DNA from: Eledone cirrhosa
Taxonomy: Eukaryota
Direction of reading: 5' to 3'
Assembly: GCA_964016885.1 (NCBI GenBank)
Contig: OZ024742.1
Location: 237,460,001-237,524,000, forward strand
Length of the DNA: 64,000 nt
Part shown: positions 12,330-25,690 of the stretch, one piece after another
How the letters are laid out: every line of letters begins with the position of its first letter
How positions within the stretch are numbered: the stretch's first letter is position 1
The notes under the pieces: model-generated
Told to the model about the DNA's origin: nothing
The model's input: only the letters and a program-made list of their open reading frames with translations
Databases searched by the model: none
Program-made: the position numbers and the translations under genes

Positions 12330-14245
12330 CAAATAAGAAGAACCAGAGCCGCCCATAGGAACATTGGATTTGGTGTACTTCATATTTGTTTCGGTTGCTG
12401 AAGACAATCAGGGGTCGCTATTCTCCTGAAGGTCAATAGTTCTCTTCTAACTCGAGCGGGAGCGCCTTTCCATTGTCAATTTGCATTAATCATCTGCAAA
12501 GCCGCATTGTTCTCAGAACCACTACACCAGAAAACGGGCACACATAAAAACAAAATTCCCAGATTCGATTGGAGACTTCAGGGGAACAACCTACAAATGA
12601 ATCTACACAGACATTTCGGCTTTCGAAACTGAAAAAAAACCCCCCGAAGGAGGGTACTACTGTCCTTCCTCTCCCAAATCTAAGGTAAGTGCCCTTTCCC
12701 ATTTTGTTCTCCTCTAAATCAATCATGGCCTCACTCAAAATAGGCAGTGTAAATGCACGTCATCTTGGAAACAGGGCCACTTGCTTAACGACCTCAGGTC
12801 ACGAGAAATAGATGCGGTGGCCATTAGCGAGACTAGAATCTCCGATAGACGAACCTTCGTACCCATCTTGGAGGGCTACGAGATGTACGCATATACGAGC
12901 CGTCAGTGATCTGGAAGCGGAGTCGCCTTGTTATTCCGAAAAGGCCTGGATCTCGCAAAGATGGACAGAAATTGGAATGAGGTGACGAATAGAGTGACCA
13001 ATCTCACCCAGTAATGGGCCGAGAGAAATTATCTCTGAAAGGTAGGGCAGAGGTGGCGAACATATTCATCACGTCCGTCATCTACTGTCGCTTGTCCATC
13101 GTGCCTTGTCCCAAATCCCGTCTGACTGCACTGGAGCGTTTGCTCTTCTGCTTCTTGTAGAAAGGACGCGCTCCGATGGTCAGGTGATTCATCTACTGTC
13201 AATATACCCTGCGTGGAGTACTGGGAATGCCGTGGCTAATAATATGCAGACATACGCTGAGGCTACGATATTTCCATCTTTTCCTTAACGGTGAACAGAT
13301 GTGGTCGCCGTTCACCAAAGGCATGTTCCCTCAGCTCGTATTCTTAACGGAGCTACAGTCCTGGGTCAAGCGGAGACCGAGGGAGATCGCTTGGAAACTG
13401 GAATATCTTCAGGCGCTTACATCCCTTCAACAATCGGGCAATAATATCGGTAGAAACACCACCTTGGCGTTCTACAGAGGGTTAGTGGTGGATAAAAGCG
13501 ACGACGTTTTGGGGGACACTCTAGACATCGACGAAAATCAACTAGTCACTCTTTTCACAAGGACTTTCGGTCCAGGACCAATGGATAATTTCCAGAAATC
13601 CCTGGCCTAACAGTGCTAAGCTCCTAACCTAGGAGCTTTGCCAGTTCGAGATAAACTTTACAGCATGGAAGTGCCGTCAACCGGGCCTGTCCGAGATGCA
13701 CGCAGGACGACGAAACCGTCCTGCACGCAATCGTCCAGTGTCCGAGCATTGGTGACTTGTTTGGGCCAGGAAAGGCAGGAAATTTCTCTCTTTCTGGTGG
13801 CACCAGCAAAAGAGGTTATATGGTGGACCAGGTTGAAAGGACTGAAGACAGACACTTTTCTCTTCGGCCAAATGGAAGGTGAGGGTGGAGAGTGAAGCGC
13901 TGCCCCCCCCCAGTACATTTGCTAAAAGGAGGGTGAATATGGCGAGAAGGGCCCGTATGAGTGGCCCTACTCCGATCATGCGCCTGTAGGCTGGTGAATT
14001 TGAGGAGGAAAGGGTGCCATTCCCGGGTGCCCTCGAATCGTTGGCTGGTTCAGGATTGGTGTGGTACCTAATTCAACCCTGGGTGGTTATCCCCCTATTG
14101 GGGAACTTCTGTTGTTTGTAATCTTCTTGCTTCTTGTTATTGCTTTTATATTTTTTTTACTCGATTTTTGTATCAAACCCCTATTGTCGCCGTCTATTGT
14201 ACTGTCCCCTATATGTTGACCCTTGTGGCCAATAAATGAACTATT
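12330..14245 (+). mobile_element. L1/Tx1-clade LINE, degenerate, RT core deleted
   Basis: ORF2 starts at 12725 (MASLKIGSVNAR), then LLNDLRSREIDAVAISETR (APE). It continues directly into post-RT LSLKGRAEVANIFI and the CPRC...ETVLHAIVQC zinc motif. AATAAA near 14231. Confidence 0.75.
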
Positions 14246-15026
14246 ATTCAGTGTTATTGTATAATGAGTCATTAGTATTGTCGCCTACATCTATAGTACG
14301 TTATCTACGGTTGTGTCATACAAAGCAGGGCATTGAATGTCTGATAAAAATTAAGACCAACTAGGCTGGCTTGTGTTGATTAAATAGTAACAGCAAGTAA
14401 TTATACTTTGATTTCAAGATTGGTGTATATAAAAGTATTATGCTTTCTATGTCTGAGATAATATGTATAAGCTATTTAGAACATCGGATAGAATGATTTG
14501 CGGTATTCGTTCAAATCCCGCCGTTGTCAATTTTGCCTTTCATCTTTTCTAGGCCGATAAAATGTACCTGTCCATTACTGGGGGTCGATTCTTTCTTTAT
14601 ATCTCTTGCTCACTTCCTCTCTATCATCCTTCTTCTCCAAAAGAAGTCGTTAGTGCTTAAACCTGAAGAGGGACGGGTTCTGCTATGTTTAAAATGCACA
14701 AGAAACGCCGTATGTCCCTACGATTCCATTGGGAGATAGGGGTCTACACATACATAGTTTATATTAGAAAAACTGAGAATCTAGAAATAAGTTTTGGCTA
14801 GACTTTAAGCAAGTTCTTTTTATAACTCATTAAGTAAATCTAGATATGGCTGAGCGGTTAAAGTGTTTGCTCTGCAATAATGAAATACTATGTTCGAGGA
14901 AATATAGATATCCTAGACAAACTGGAAATCTAAAAGTAAGTCTTTGCTAGGATTTAAGAGCGTTATTGTGGTTCTTTTTATAAACCAGAAACTAAACGTA
15001 AATAAGGCTGATTATTTAAGAAGTTT

Positions 15027-15212
15027 GCGGTGAATTGACAGTATCGGTAGAGGGTTGGACACCATGCTTTCTAGCACAGTTACGTCCCTTTACAATCTGA
15101 GTTCAAATCCCGCCGAGGTTAACATTGCCTTTCATCCTTACGGGGTCGATAAAATAAAGTACCAGTAATGTATTGGATAATTGCTGGCCTTGTGCCTAAA
15201 GTAGAAACAATT
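15027..15212 (+). mobile_element. SINE family A with an 18-bp TSD
   Basis: ATTATTTAAGAAGTTTGC at 15011-15028 and 15210-15227; inserted into an older SINE-like sequence. Confidence 0.85.
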
Positions 15213-15899
15213 ATTTAAGAAGTTTGCTTCGCAATTATGACATTCCGGTTCTGATCATATTAAGAGTGTCTTTTACCGTAGCCTCGTATCTAACAAAGTC
15301 TGTGAGTAAAATTAGATTGACGAAAAACTGTAAAATCCCGTCGGATGGATTGTACATGTAATTCAAAAGCCCACGTTTTTCACATTGTATCATGCTGAAT
15401 CTGCCTTAAAATTATATCAAGAGTACACATGTCTGTGGAATACTCAACCACTTACATTAATTAACTAGTAGTTCATTCTGTCGACGCTTCACACAGGAGA
15501 TTCTGGGTTCGATTCCATTGAGTGGAATCTTGAGCAAGTCTTTTACCGTAGCTTCGAGTAGACCCAAGCATGAGATCAAACGGGTAAACGGAAACTGTGA
15601 AAGCGTGCCAGGTATATTGTACCTTTAATTGAAAGGTATATTTTTGTCTGTTGATTCTAGCCAAGAATTGCATTCACAGTAATTAGTAGATACGTGAACT
15701 ATCTTATCTTCCTTCCTTTCTGGCTCCACAAACATTGTGCCAGTCCAGGGTTGTGAATTGGTAGTATTATTAAAGTGTTTTATGTTCACCTTTGGTGTCA
15801 CTAGTTTTATCTACTTTTATCCACTTTTGCCTTTTTCTTCGACAATGCTGGTTTTCCATAAAAAAAAATTGCTAAGGAGAGAAAATTTTTGGCCTCAAT

Positions 15900-16620
15900 T
15901 TAAATGAAAATGTTGAAGCCTTTAAAGAAAACGATAAGCTCCTTTCTAAACCTATCGATAGCGCGGGGTCCGCACTTAGTCATAGTCAAAAGACCATCAT
16001 CACGGTACAGACCGCCGCCGACGTTAGGGAATTCATCCTTGAATGAAAAGAGTATAAATAGGACAATAAAGTCTGTGATCTCCGCCGAATCGCTGGTATC
16101 CATGCTCATGTCAAAGGAGGTACTATTTGATTTTTTAAGCCAAATAGAGTTGTCGAAATTAATCAAGGACTTTCGAGCATTTAAGATGACATCAATTTCG
16201 AAATCCTTAACCTCTGCGAGCGTTTTGTCGAAATTGATAGCTCTAAGAAGTAAGGTAATGAATTATTCCACTAAGCTAGAGGCGTCATATCTCTAATTTT
16301 GGGTACAATCCTATCTAAAATTATTTTACTAAGTACCTAAATCAAACTTAGTGATGTTAATAAGCTGAATAGATAGGTTGTTAATGAAATTTGGTTCATG
16401 ATCCTTCAGAACAGAACGAGGAGAAATAGTATCCAGAGATTCTGTCCGGTCCTGGATATCAAGTTCCGAAGTAATTTTTAAACCAGCGTTGTTAATGTCG
16501 TTAATAACACTCCAATCGGTAATCTTTGGTCACATTATTATGTATCACTTGGTGGTAGGTACTCCTCTAGACTTTAGAGTATAGATTACCGGTTTTCTCG
16601 GAGTGAACATTCACAGTATT
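15900..16620 (-). pseudogene. Penelope-like (Neptune-type) reverse transcriptase fragment
   Basis: SFDMSMDTSDSAEI and GGGLYRDDGL motifs; upstream VLKDHEPNFINNLSIQLIN. Confidence 0.75.
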
Positions 16621-16684
16621 AGAACCCTTTATCTACCCCTCTCTCTAGATATATCTATATCTCTATATATATATAGTGTGGGTA

Positions 16685-17240
16685 TATATACCCATTCGTT
16701 CTTAGTATTATTCTGAAATGGATGTACTAATTTGCATATAATTACCACTCATGTTGGTAATTAATTAAAATATGTAGTAAGATGATGTTATCGTATTTTC
16801 TAGTATGTTTTCATGTCTACATATTAGATACGTGTCTATATTTTTACACGTTGGTGCAGTCTCGGTTACACACTCTGTATTCATACAGATATAACTGTAT
16901 CGTAAACTTCAGCTGCTGGTGCACTTCATAATTAATTACCATCATGAGTGCTAATTATATGCAAATTAGGAGGTCCACTTCGGAATAATGCTAAGAGCGA
17001 ATGGACATATATAGCCATCAAATACAGGTTTTTCTGTGGTCGATCGGCTGATATACACATCTAATGAGGGTCTACTATGATCCGAAAATGGATTAAAGCC
17101 GTTTATCATTTTCTTGATTTCCAGGGAAATTCATGTTTTCTGTCATGTTTATATTTATACATATTAGATATGTCTAAATATCTATACACATTAGTGCAGT
17201 CTCGGTTCACACTCTGTATTTATACATATATAACTTTATC
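16685..17240. repeat. Penelope pLTR-like region: inverted plus direct repeats, with a decayed hammerhead at 17056-17110
   Basis: Inverted arms ~16685-16768 / 16929-17012. Direct repeat ~16813-16901 / 17153-17240. CTAATGA-GGGTC..GATCC-GAAA-ATGG..CCGT-TT. Confidence 0.55.
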
Positions 17241-17270
17241 ATATATATATAACAAAAAAAAAAAAATGCA

Positions 17271-17442
17271 GCGGCTTTGCAGCATAGAGATTTTGATCTG
17301 AGTTCAAATCCCGCCGAGGTTAGTTTTGCCTTTCATCCTTACGGGTTCGATAAAATAAAGTACCAGTCACGCACTTGGGTCGATTTAATCGACTTTACCC
17401 TCCTCCAAAATTGTTGGCCTTGTGCCTATATAAGAAACCATA
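17271..17442 (+). mobile_element. SINE family A, 5' truncated
   Basis: GAGTTCAAATCCCGCCGAGGTT...GATAAAATAAAGTACCAGT...GGCCTTGTGCCTA. Confidence 0.8.
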
Positions 17443-17685
17443 TAAATAACAAAAAGGTTACCTGTCTGAAAATACACAACATATTTCTCCTGACATCACA
17501 CAAACCGCTCTGTTATGAATTCTATTTGATGCCTCGTTTTCTTTATTTTTGCCACCACCAACATCCCCACTACTACCACTACCATCACTGGTTTCATGGG
17601 CTATTTGTTTTATTGTCTGAGTTAAATCATCCTTGGCAACAACAGAAAAACCTCGAAGACAGTAACAGAGGGTATATTAACCTTT

Positions 17686-17794
<109 letters not shown>

Positions 17795-18662
17795 ACAAAG
17801 GAATTGTGGTAAGGAACCAGATGGACCATAACGCACCAGAGTACGTCCGTGTAACCTATGCTCGGAGGAAACATTACAAATGCTGTTTTCGAAGGACCAA
17901 CTCCTAAACAAGAAAGAGGAACTGGTAACCGCATGCAAACACAGTTTGCGTAGGACTTACCTCGCCCCCAAACCCCATAACGACCCGGGTGGGTAGACAG
18001 GGGCTGAGACCGCCCTACTTGCCGATTAAGTTAGGGGAAACCCCAGCTTACTTAGGTAGATGTATCTCTTTTCTTTTCTTTTCCTCTTTGTCTTCTTCTT
18101 CCCCCTGTCTCATCCTATCACTTCCTTCCAGCCCCTATTTTCTTCCTCGTCTGCTTTTCCCCTTCGCCTACCTCGATGCAGCCCATCGGGCCTCTGTAGC
18201 ATCAGTTCCCCCACCCCTGTAATTTTAAGATAGAATTGGCCGAATACGTTTTACTAACTACTTTAGCAGACGTGTTAAACCCCTTTAATTCAGTATCAGT
18301 TCTGGTACTACTCAATTTCTACAAGTTTTTTCTATTCTCAACTTATTAACCTGTTATTGTAAGAAAGCAGTGTGATTTTTTTAATTTATTTCTCACTATC
18401 TAATTTTTATTATCTTTTATTGTCTCCTACTCTCATTCGATTTACCTATTCTATAACCTCCCTCCTCCACTTCATACACTATCCTTAGAATCTGCTGTCT
18501 ACATATCTCTTTCAACGCTTGGCCGCTCCACTCACTCCCCTATTGTTCTACAGGCAAGTTCAGCCACCCCTACCTCCCACCAAATGCCATGATAGACTTA
18601 TTTATGTTTACAATACATTTTAACCAATCCTCTTGACAACTACAATCTTCCCATATAAGGAA

Positions 18663-18766
18663 GTATCCCCTTGAAAAGTTCGGCTATTTATTCACCAGGC
18701 TAAAAATTCTAATTTAGTCCAGAAATAGCCGTCGAAACGGCTTGAGCTCTGTCGTCGGGGTCATAC
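18663..18766 (+). ncRNA. Hammerhead relic with intact helices and a mutated core
   Basis: GTATCCCC-TTGAAAA-...CGGCTATTT...AAATAGCCG..-GAAA-CGGC...GTCG-TC-GGGGTCATAC; followed by (TA)n at 18774. Confidence 0.55.
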
Positions 18767-18771
18767 TTTTT

Positions 18772-18810
<39 letters not shown>

Positions 18811-18852
18811 TAGCACGCACATGCAAGCACACACACACACATATATACGTAC

Positions 18853-18932
<80 letters not shown>

Positions 18933-18973
18933 GCATGTATGTACATATATATATATATATGTATATATGTATA

Positions 18974-19020
<47 letters not shown>

Positions 19021-19043
19021 GTATATATATATATATATGTATA

Positions 19044-19084
<41 letters not shown>

Positions 19085-19267
19085 ATATGAAATACGTCCC
19101 TTCACGCACAAGGCGCCAAGGTACGCATGTATTGTCCAACCAAGTGCCAATGTGGTTCAATGGCGGGTTAATAAATTAACGAGCCAGAACAAATATAAAC
19201 AAGGTTTAGTAAATAATGAAAAAGTTTCAAAATAAATTTTAAAAAATTGACTTTACCTACTATAGTT

Positions 19268-19351
19268 ACCTTTACCGATCGGTTTCGAATCCCAAAAATA
19301 AAACGGAGACCATACGGCCTTCGTTGCAAAGAAAGATTCTCGTCAGAAGGT
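19268..19351 (-). ncRNA. Type I hammerhead ribozyme, intact core, extended helix II
   Basis: Minus strand: ACCTT-CTGACGA-GAATCTT...GGGATTC-GAAA-CCGATCGG-TA-AAGGT. Palindromic 8-nt helix III, GUA site. Confidence 0.85.
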
Positions 19352-20871
19352 TCTTTTCATTCAAAGAATATAAAATTCCTGAATTTAAATCACAAACTAG
19401 CGCTATCAAAAACTGTTCCTGGGATGAGAGTGGATGATGTAGAACAGGTTTATCAAGAGCCGTAGCAAAGATAGAGGCAAAAGGAGGTAGGTCAAACTAG
19501 CCACCGCTATTGCTAGCAGCAGTCGGAATGACCCGGTTTGTTCTCAACGTTAGTGGAGGTAGTAGTAATATGAGGAGGACACCATAATTAAGGAATATAA
19601 GCTTAAATATACATACCTTGTGTGTGTATATATATATACACACAAGGTAGAAAGAAGGAGGACACCATAATTAAGGAATATAAGCTAAACGACCGCCAAC
19701 ACGCTGTCTCTGTTTTGTTATCTGACATCAAAACTGAGAACTGATAACATCTCTGAAAACAAAGAATTATTAGATGGAATTTGCCATTGCTTTGCTGTAG
19801 GAACTGTCTATTGCATATGGCTACTGAAATATTATCAATCTCATACACACACATGCACGCAACCTTACAAATATTCTCACATACACGTACACTTACAGTT
19901 ACATATATACATAGCCATCCATTCACAAAAACGTAGTCACATACACACATACACATATCTTTACAGATACACAACACTTAGTCAAACTCACTCATACATA
20001 CACCTATAAAATATTCTCACACACACTAAAGCACTCACATACAGTCTAACGCACAATCATGTTCTAACGCCCTAATACACACTAATGTGCAATCACACAC
20101 CCACACAAAACCAACGCACGATCTCTCACACACAAAAATGCCAACGCACAATCACACACACATACACACACACTACGCATACACACTCACAATCGCACAC
20201 ACTCCAACGCACAATCACACGCCCACCTAACAAAATCACACATACACACACACACACACACACACTAATGCACGACCACAGACACACACACACATACGCC
20301 AACGCATGACCACACACACACTAACGCACAATTACACACAGCCTCGTATAAACACAGAAGCACGCTAAGCCTTTTCTGTCATTTACACACGCCATGGTGT
20401 ATGTGTGTGCGTGCGCGTGTGTGTGCGTGTGTGCGTGCGTGTGTATGATTCAACGGACAACAATATGCAAGCATAAAAATGGCGGGGGAATTGGTAGAGT
20501 AGATTGAACGTCGAATGCTTTGAGGAATTCGTTCCGCCGAGGTTCACTTTGCCTTTCATCCTTCTTGGGTCGATAAATAACGTACTAGGTTAGCACTGGC
20601 TCGATTTTTCACTTTTTTCTCTCTCTCTTTCTCTGAAATCGGTTGATCACACCTGAAGAGAAATGGACTCTGCCAGGTTTAAAATGTCCAAGAAACGCCA
20701 TTGTGAAATATGGCGTTCCTAAGTCTCCATCAGAAGTTAAGAGCTGATGGCATGGTACTATTGAACTATTGAACTATTGACTTATCCATATATCACACAT
20801 TATGAAAGCATGTGTGGAAAGAGGAAGAAAGGTAGAGAAAGTAAACAGAAAGACTAAAACAGTGAGTGAGT

Positions 20872-20919
<48 letters not shown>

Positions 20920-21151
20920 GAGAGAGAGAAAAAGAGAGAGTAGACATAAGTTGAGGGAGAGATAGATATAGAGAAAAACAGGTGGGGGCAGAACTGATCG
21001 GACAGATTATATGACAGGAAGAGATAGAAGGGGAGAGGGAGAAAGGGAGATAAATATAGACATACAAGAAGAGGGTACAGAGAGGTAAAGTTAGCGAGAG
21101 GAAAAAAATGTAGAAATAAAGAAGTAAAGAGAGAAAGTGAGCGGTACAGAG

Positions 21152-21206
<55 letters not shown>

Positions 21207-21790
21207 TGGGGAGAGAAGTAAGGATTTAGAAAGAGAAAGACAACAATGAGAGAGGGAACAGAAAATGAAATAACAGAGAATGGGACTTGATGTACGAGAA
21301 TTTATACATGTGTCTTATGTTTCTGATTTCAAATCCTCCCAAGATCTACCATCCCTTTAGACTCCCCCACCCAATCACTGGTCGATAATGAAGGTACTTC
21401 TAATGTGGCAGAGGCAAGAATCAACAGTAGTTTTGGTCATTCTCTAAAATTAGATCTGGTTATGATATTTGCCGTACAATCGTAACATTATCGGTTCAAT
21501 TCCTGGACAGGCTACTGTGTTGTATTCTTGAGCAAAAACACTTTATTTCACGTTACTCCAGTACACTCAGCTGAGAGTGAGTACCAGCAGTAGCTGGGAA
21601 GTTAATCCTGCAATAGACCGGCGTCTTAGCCAGGAATAGTGTTGTACTCTCAGTCGCTTAACGACAAGAAACCGGAGATAAGCACCGGCCAGATCAGGCT
21701 TCGGCTCAGAACAGACTTTAACTAACTAACATATATTACACATTAAAACCACAACTATGTTAACACGGTCTATATCACACACATGGACAC

Positions 21791-21821
<31 letters not shown>

Positions 21822-21844
21822 AATATATATATATATGTATATGT

Positions 21845-22110
21845 GAAGGCACGTGGCCTAGTGGTAAGGGTGTTGGACTTACGATCATAATGTCGTGGAT
21901 TCGATACCTGGGTTGCGTGTTATGTTCTTGAACAAACCACTTCATTTCACGTTGCTCCAGTATACTCAGCTGAAAATGAGTGCTGGCAATGGCTGAGGGT
22001 TTAACCCTGCGATAGATTGGCGTCCTATCCAGTGAGGAGTCATGTACTCTCAGTCGCTTCACGTCATGAAACCTGGATAAGCACCGGCCAAATGAGCCCT
22101 CTGGCTTAAA
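21845..22110 (+). mobile_element. SINE family B (tRNA-derived)
   Basis: A-box TGGCCTAGTGG and B-box GATTCGATACC. Related copies at ~21480-21725 and ~32990-33108. Confidence 0.75.
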
Positions 22111-22433
22111 ACAGACTTTAGACTTTTAGACGTATGTGTCTATATGTATATAATCCATGTAGCATAGTAGTTAGGTGTTGAGATCATGATCTGAAGGTTG
22201 TGGTTTCGATTTTAAGACAAGGCTATGCTACATTTCACGTTACTTGGCATGATACACCTGGGGTTACTATTATTGTAGGAGGCTAACTAAACCTACTTAG
22301 ATATGAGCTGTAACAACAAACATAGTATAATATATATATATATATAGGGATGAGAGAAAGAGAAAGAGTGAGGGAGAGAGAGAAAGAGGGAGAGGGAGAG
22401 AGGGAAGCTAATAAGACTGTATTATTGCATGTG

Positions 22434-22620
22434 AAGGGCGGTGGATTGGCAGTATCGGTAGAGAGTCGGACGCCATGCTTTCCAGCATAGTTACATCCCT
22501 TTACGGTCTGTGTTCAAATCCCGCCGAGGTTTACTTTGCCTTTCATCCTTACGGGGTCGATAAAATAAAGTACCAGTAATGCACTGGGTAATTGCTGGCC
22601 TTGTGCCTAAAGTAGAAACA
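22434..22620 (+). mobile_element. SINE family A, full length, 13-bp TSD
   Basis: ATTATTGCATGTG at 22421-22433 and 22621-22633. Confidence 0.85.
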
Positions 22621-22914
22621 ATTATTGCATGTGTTCATCGCCCCCCTCTCTCTCGCTGAAGTTAGCTTCACAATCATTAAGAACCAAGTTCTATCGCACT
22701 ACATAGCACGTTGGTCCACTATCTTTACCATAGGCTTGGGTTGCTCGAAGCCTTGGGGGTAGTCATGTCATTCAGTCACACTAAATCTATCTGATAATTG
22801 CATTAAAAGAGTATAAGTGTTTGTGGAATACACGGCCAATTATACGCTAATTTTACGAAATGACTGTTCTGATGATCGAACTACCAAGGCGTAATTCCAC
22901 AATTATCTATATTA

Positions 22915-22931
22915 TCTATATATATAAAACT

Positions 22932-22976
<45 letters not shown>

Positions 22977-23517
22977 TTTGAATCCCTAAAACTCGAGAAG
23001 TACCCAACCGATTTTTTTTCAACTTTACATTACTTATGTTTCAGGGAGTGTTATGCACATAAAAAAATTCAACTTTTTGATCCCCTAGGTGAAAAACTGC
23101 GTTTTTTCAGCTTTTTAGGGATTTTTCTGAGGCGTTACGTCAGACCGATTTCCTTGAAATTGTAACTATGTATTAGTCAGTCTCTTCTTCATACCGTGAG
23201 CAAAGAAAATCCAACTTTTAGGTGAAAAACTTCATTTTTTCAGCTTTTTACGCCTAGCCGATTTTTCCCGAAATTTCAAGGCATATTATGCATATGAAAA
23301 AAAAATCATTTTCTTGATCCCCTAGGGCCCATATTAGGTGAAAACCTGCATTTTTCCTGCTTCATCGAGGAAAATCTTAAAGATTATCCAGCCATAAGAG
23401 TATTCGGTTTATTTCCTTTACATATTGTCCAGGCATGCAGTTTTTCCACGATTAGGTCTGTTGGCGGCCCGTGTTCCAAAATACCTTATCATGTACAACG
23501 CCGGGTACCACTGCTAG
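22915..23517 (+). mobile_element. Non-autonomous Helitron
   Basis: A|TCTATATATATAAAACT start, internal (GT)n, CAACGCCGGG...CTAG|T end. Confidence 0.85.
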
Positions 23518-23539
23518 TATATTTATATAAGAGGGGAGT

Positions 23540-23583
<44 letters not shown>

Positions 23584-25399
23584 ACACAGAGTTAATGATA
23601 AAGTATTCGTAATTTAAGTTCCCAACAGTCGGCCCGTTGACATTTTGGATGCTTGTATCTCGAGGTTTCCAAATAAAGATACCACAGTAAGTTTCGATGT
23701 CGCAAGAAAGTCGAGTCGGAGTTGGACAGGAGAATGTCTTCAGAGTAGAAATTCTCAACCAAAGAGATTCCGGCCAAATCCAGGCCATGAATTCCGGCTG
23801 CTCTTATACCTTTAAACAACTTGACGATCAGAAACCTGTCGTGTGTAGGACAACACAATATATTTCTCATAAACGATATTTCAAATGTCACAGTACTCTC
23901 CAATAATATTTTTTTGTAGTGAACATATTTTGACATATTAACTACCGAATTTATTTCAATTTTTACTGGTTCAGTCAGTGAGGGAAAGAAAGTTCTCATG
24001 ATCCTTTTCGAGGCCTCCGTGACTGGTAGTAGTATAGTTGAAAGGTAGGAATGTATTCTTAAATTGAAGACCTGATTCTAATGCTGACAACAGTGTGGAC
24101 ACTGCTAGAGATACCCACACGCTAGGCAATTGGATGACGGGTGGAATCTATCACCCAAGTAACAGCGGGATTTGAATTTAGAATATGAAGAACCAGAACA
24201 AACAAATAACACGATACCTTATCCGACATCCCTTACCAATTATGCCAGCTCACAGCCCTGGGCTAGTAGTTGACCTTCATGGAATTTGAACTCAGAACGC
24301 AAGAGCTGGTACAGATACCACAAGGCATCTCGTCCAACGCTCTAATAATTCCACCAATCCACAACCCTGGACTGCCATTTTATTTTATTTTATCGACCCT
24401 CAAAATATTTGCATCTCAACTAATAAATTTGAATTTCAGAGCCAGAAAATACTTCAGCTTTGAACAATCGATTGTCAAATAAAGCAAATAATTCGATAAA
24501 CACTCTAATTCGATAAAGTAACTAATTACAGGCCTGGGATCAAATATCCATATTCATTGCTAATTATATGTGAAAAGCCCATCCGCCTTAAAAATAAAAC
24601 AAAACTTTATTCCGAGAGTGACGAGGGATTCTTTACGTAGTATTTTCGATCTGCTGAAAATAGCAGCAAAAGAATTGCCCCAAATTACACCCTACATTCT
24701 TTCAAAAGAAAAAAGAACATTGGATAATGCGTTCCTGGATTCATTATGCGAGGAAATACAATAGAACGGTCATGGTAAAAAAATATCTTTGATGTTCGAC
24801 CAGATTGATCAGAGCTGACAAAACCAAATCCTTACAAAACTTTATTTTGAATGAATAGCTTTTATGTGATCGCTTATCATTTTATATGCTAGATATAGCA
24901 ACCAAATCCCCAAATGTCTTACTCTTAAATAAAATGGAACTAAAAGGAAAGAGTCTTTAACTCCTAATGGAATCGTAAGGGGTGCCGTCATGATACATGG
25001 CGTGTCTTGAACAATTTGACAAAGCACACCCCTTTTCAGGTGGATACACTGCGGATTTCTTCCAGAGAAAGAGACAGGTAGAAAGTGATAAAGAGAAGAA
25101 GAAACCCTAGTAATTTATCGATATCGAAATGATGAAAAGCAAAGTTGAGCTCGGCGGTATACGAACTGTGAGCAGTGAGCCGGAATATATACCGAGGCAT
25201 TTAATCCGACGCTCTGTCAATTCACAGCCTTTTAAATAAATTGAAGGACGAAAAAATAGATGGAACTGTCACGAATGAAACACCTTTGATCATAAGTCAG
25301 TCTGTTCAACCAGGGATGACCTAGTGTTAAACTGTAGCCACAATCCCACAATTCAACTCATACATCCAGGGTTATATTACAAGGTTTTTTACTCTAAAT

Positions 25400-25690
25400 C
25401 AGGCATAGGCAACCTTTTTCGAGAAGCTGGCAGCATGAGATATGGCTCATCATCAGGCGGGCCGCAAGCGCTAATTTGCATTCATGCCCACATAAAAAAA
25501 AGGGTGGTAACACAGGTTGTCTTGATTTGTTTCTTCAGAATTCGTACACGTTGTTTTCCTCGAGCGTAAAAATGATAGAAAAATAAATTACGACTCAAAC
25601 GTTGGGGTAAAAAAATAAAAAAAGATTTCACTTAGGTGACTTAGGCGAGCCATTCAGAAAGCTTCGCAGGCCGCAGGTTGCCCATGGCTG
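25400..25690. mobile_element. hAT-type MITE
   Basis: 8-bp TSD CTCTAAAT at 25392-25399 and 25691-25698. TIRs CAGGCATAGGCAACCT and AGGTTGCCCATGGCTG. Confidence 0.85.

Noticed and set aside
17795-18295. Element after a TA run ending GCAGACGTGTTAAACCCC
   Set aside because: Possibly a LINE 3' end, but there is no diagnostic motif to support a call.
21845-21915. tRNA-like sequence
   Set aside because: It is the SINE head; no complete cloverleaf, and it continues into the SINE body.
23582-24060. Higher-complexity segment with 68-135 aa ORFs and a CTGAAGA...GAAA on the minus strand
   Set aside because: No recognisable domain or exon structure, and helix I does not pair; left unassigned.
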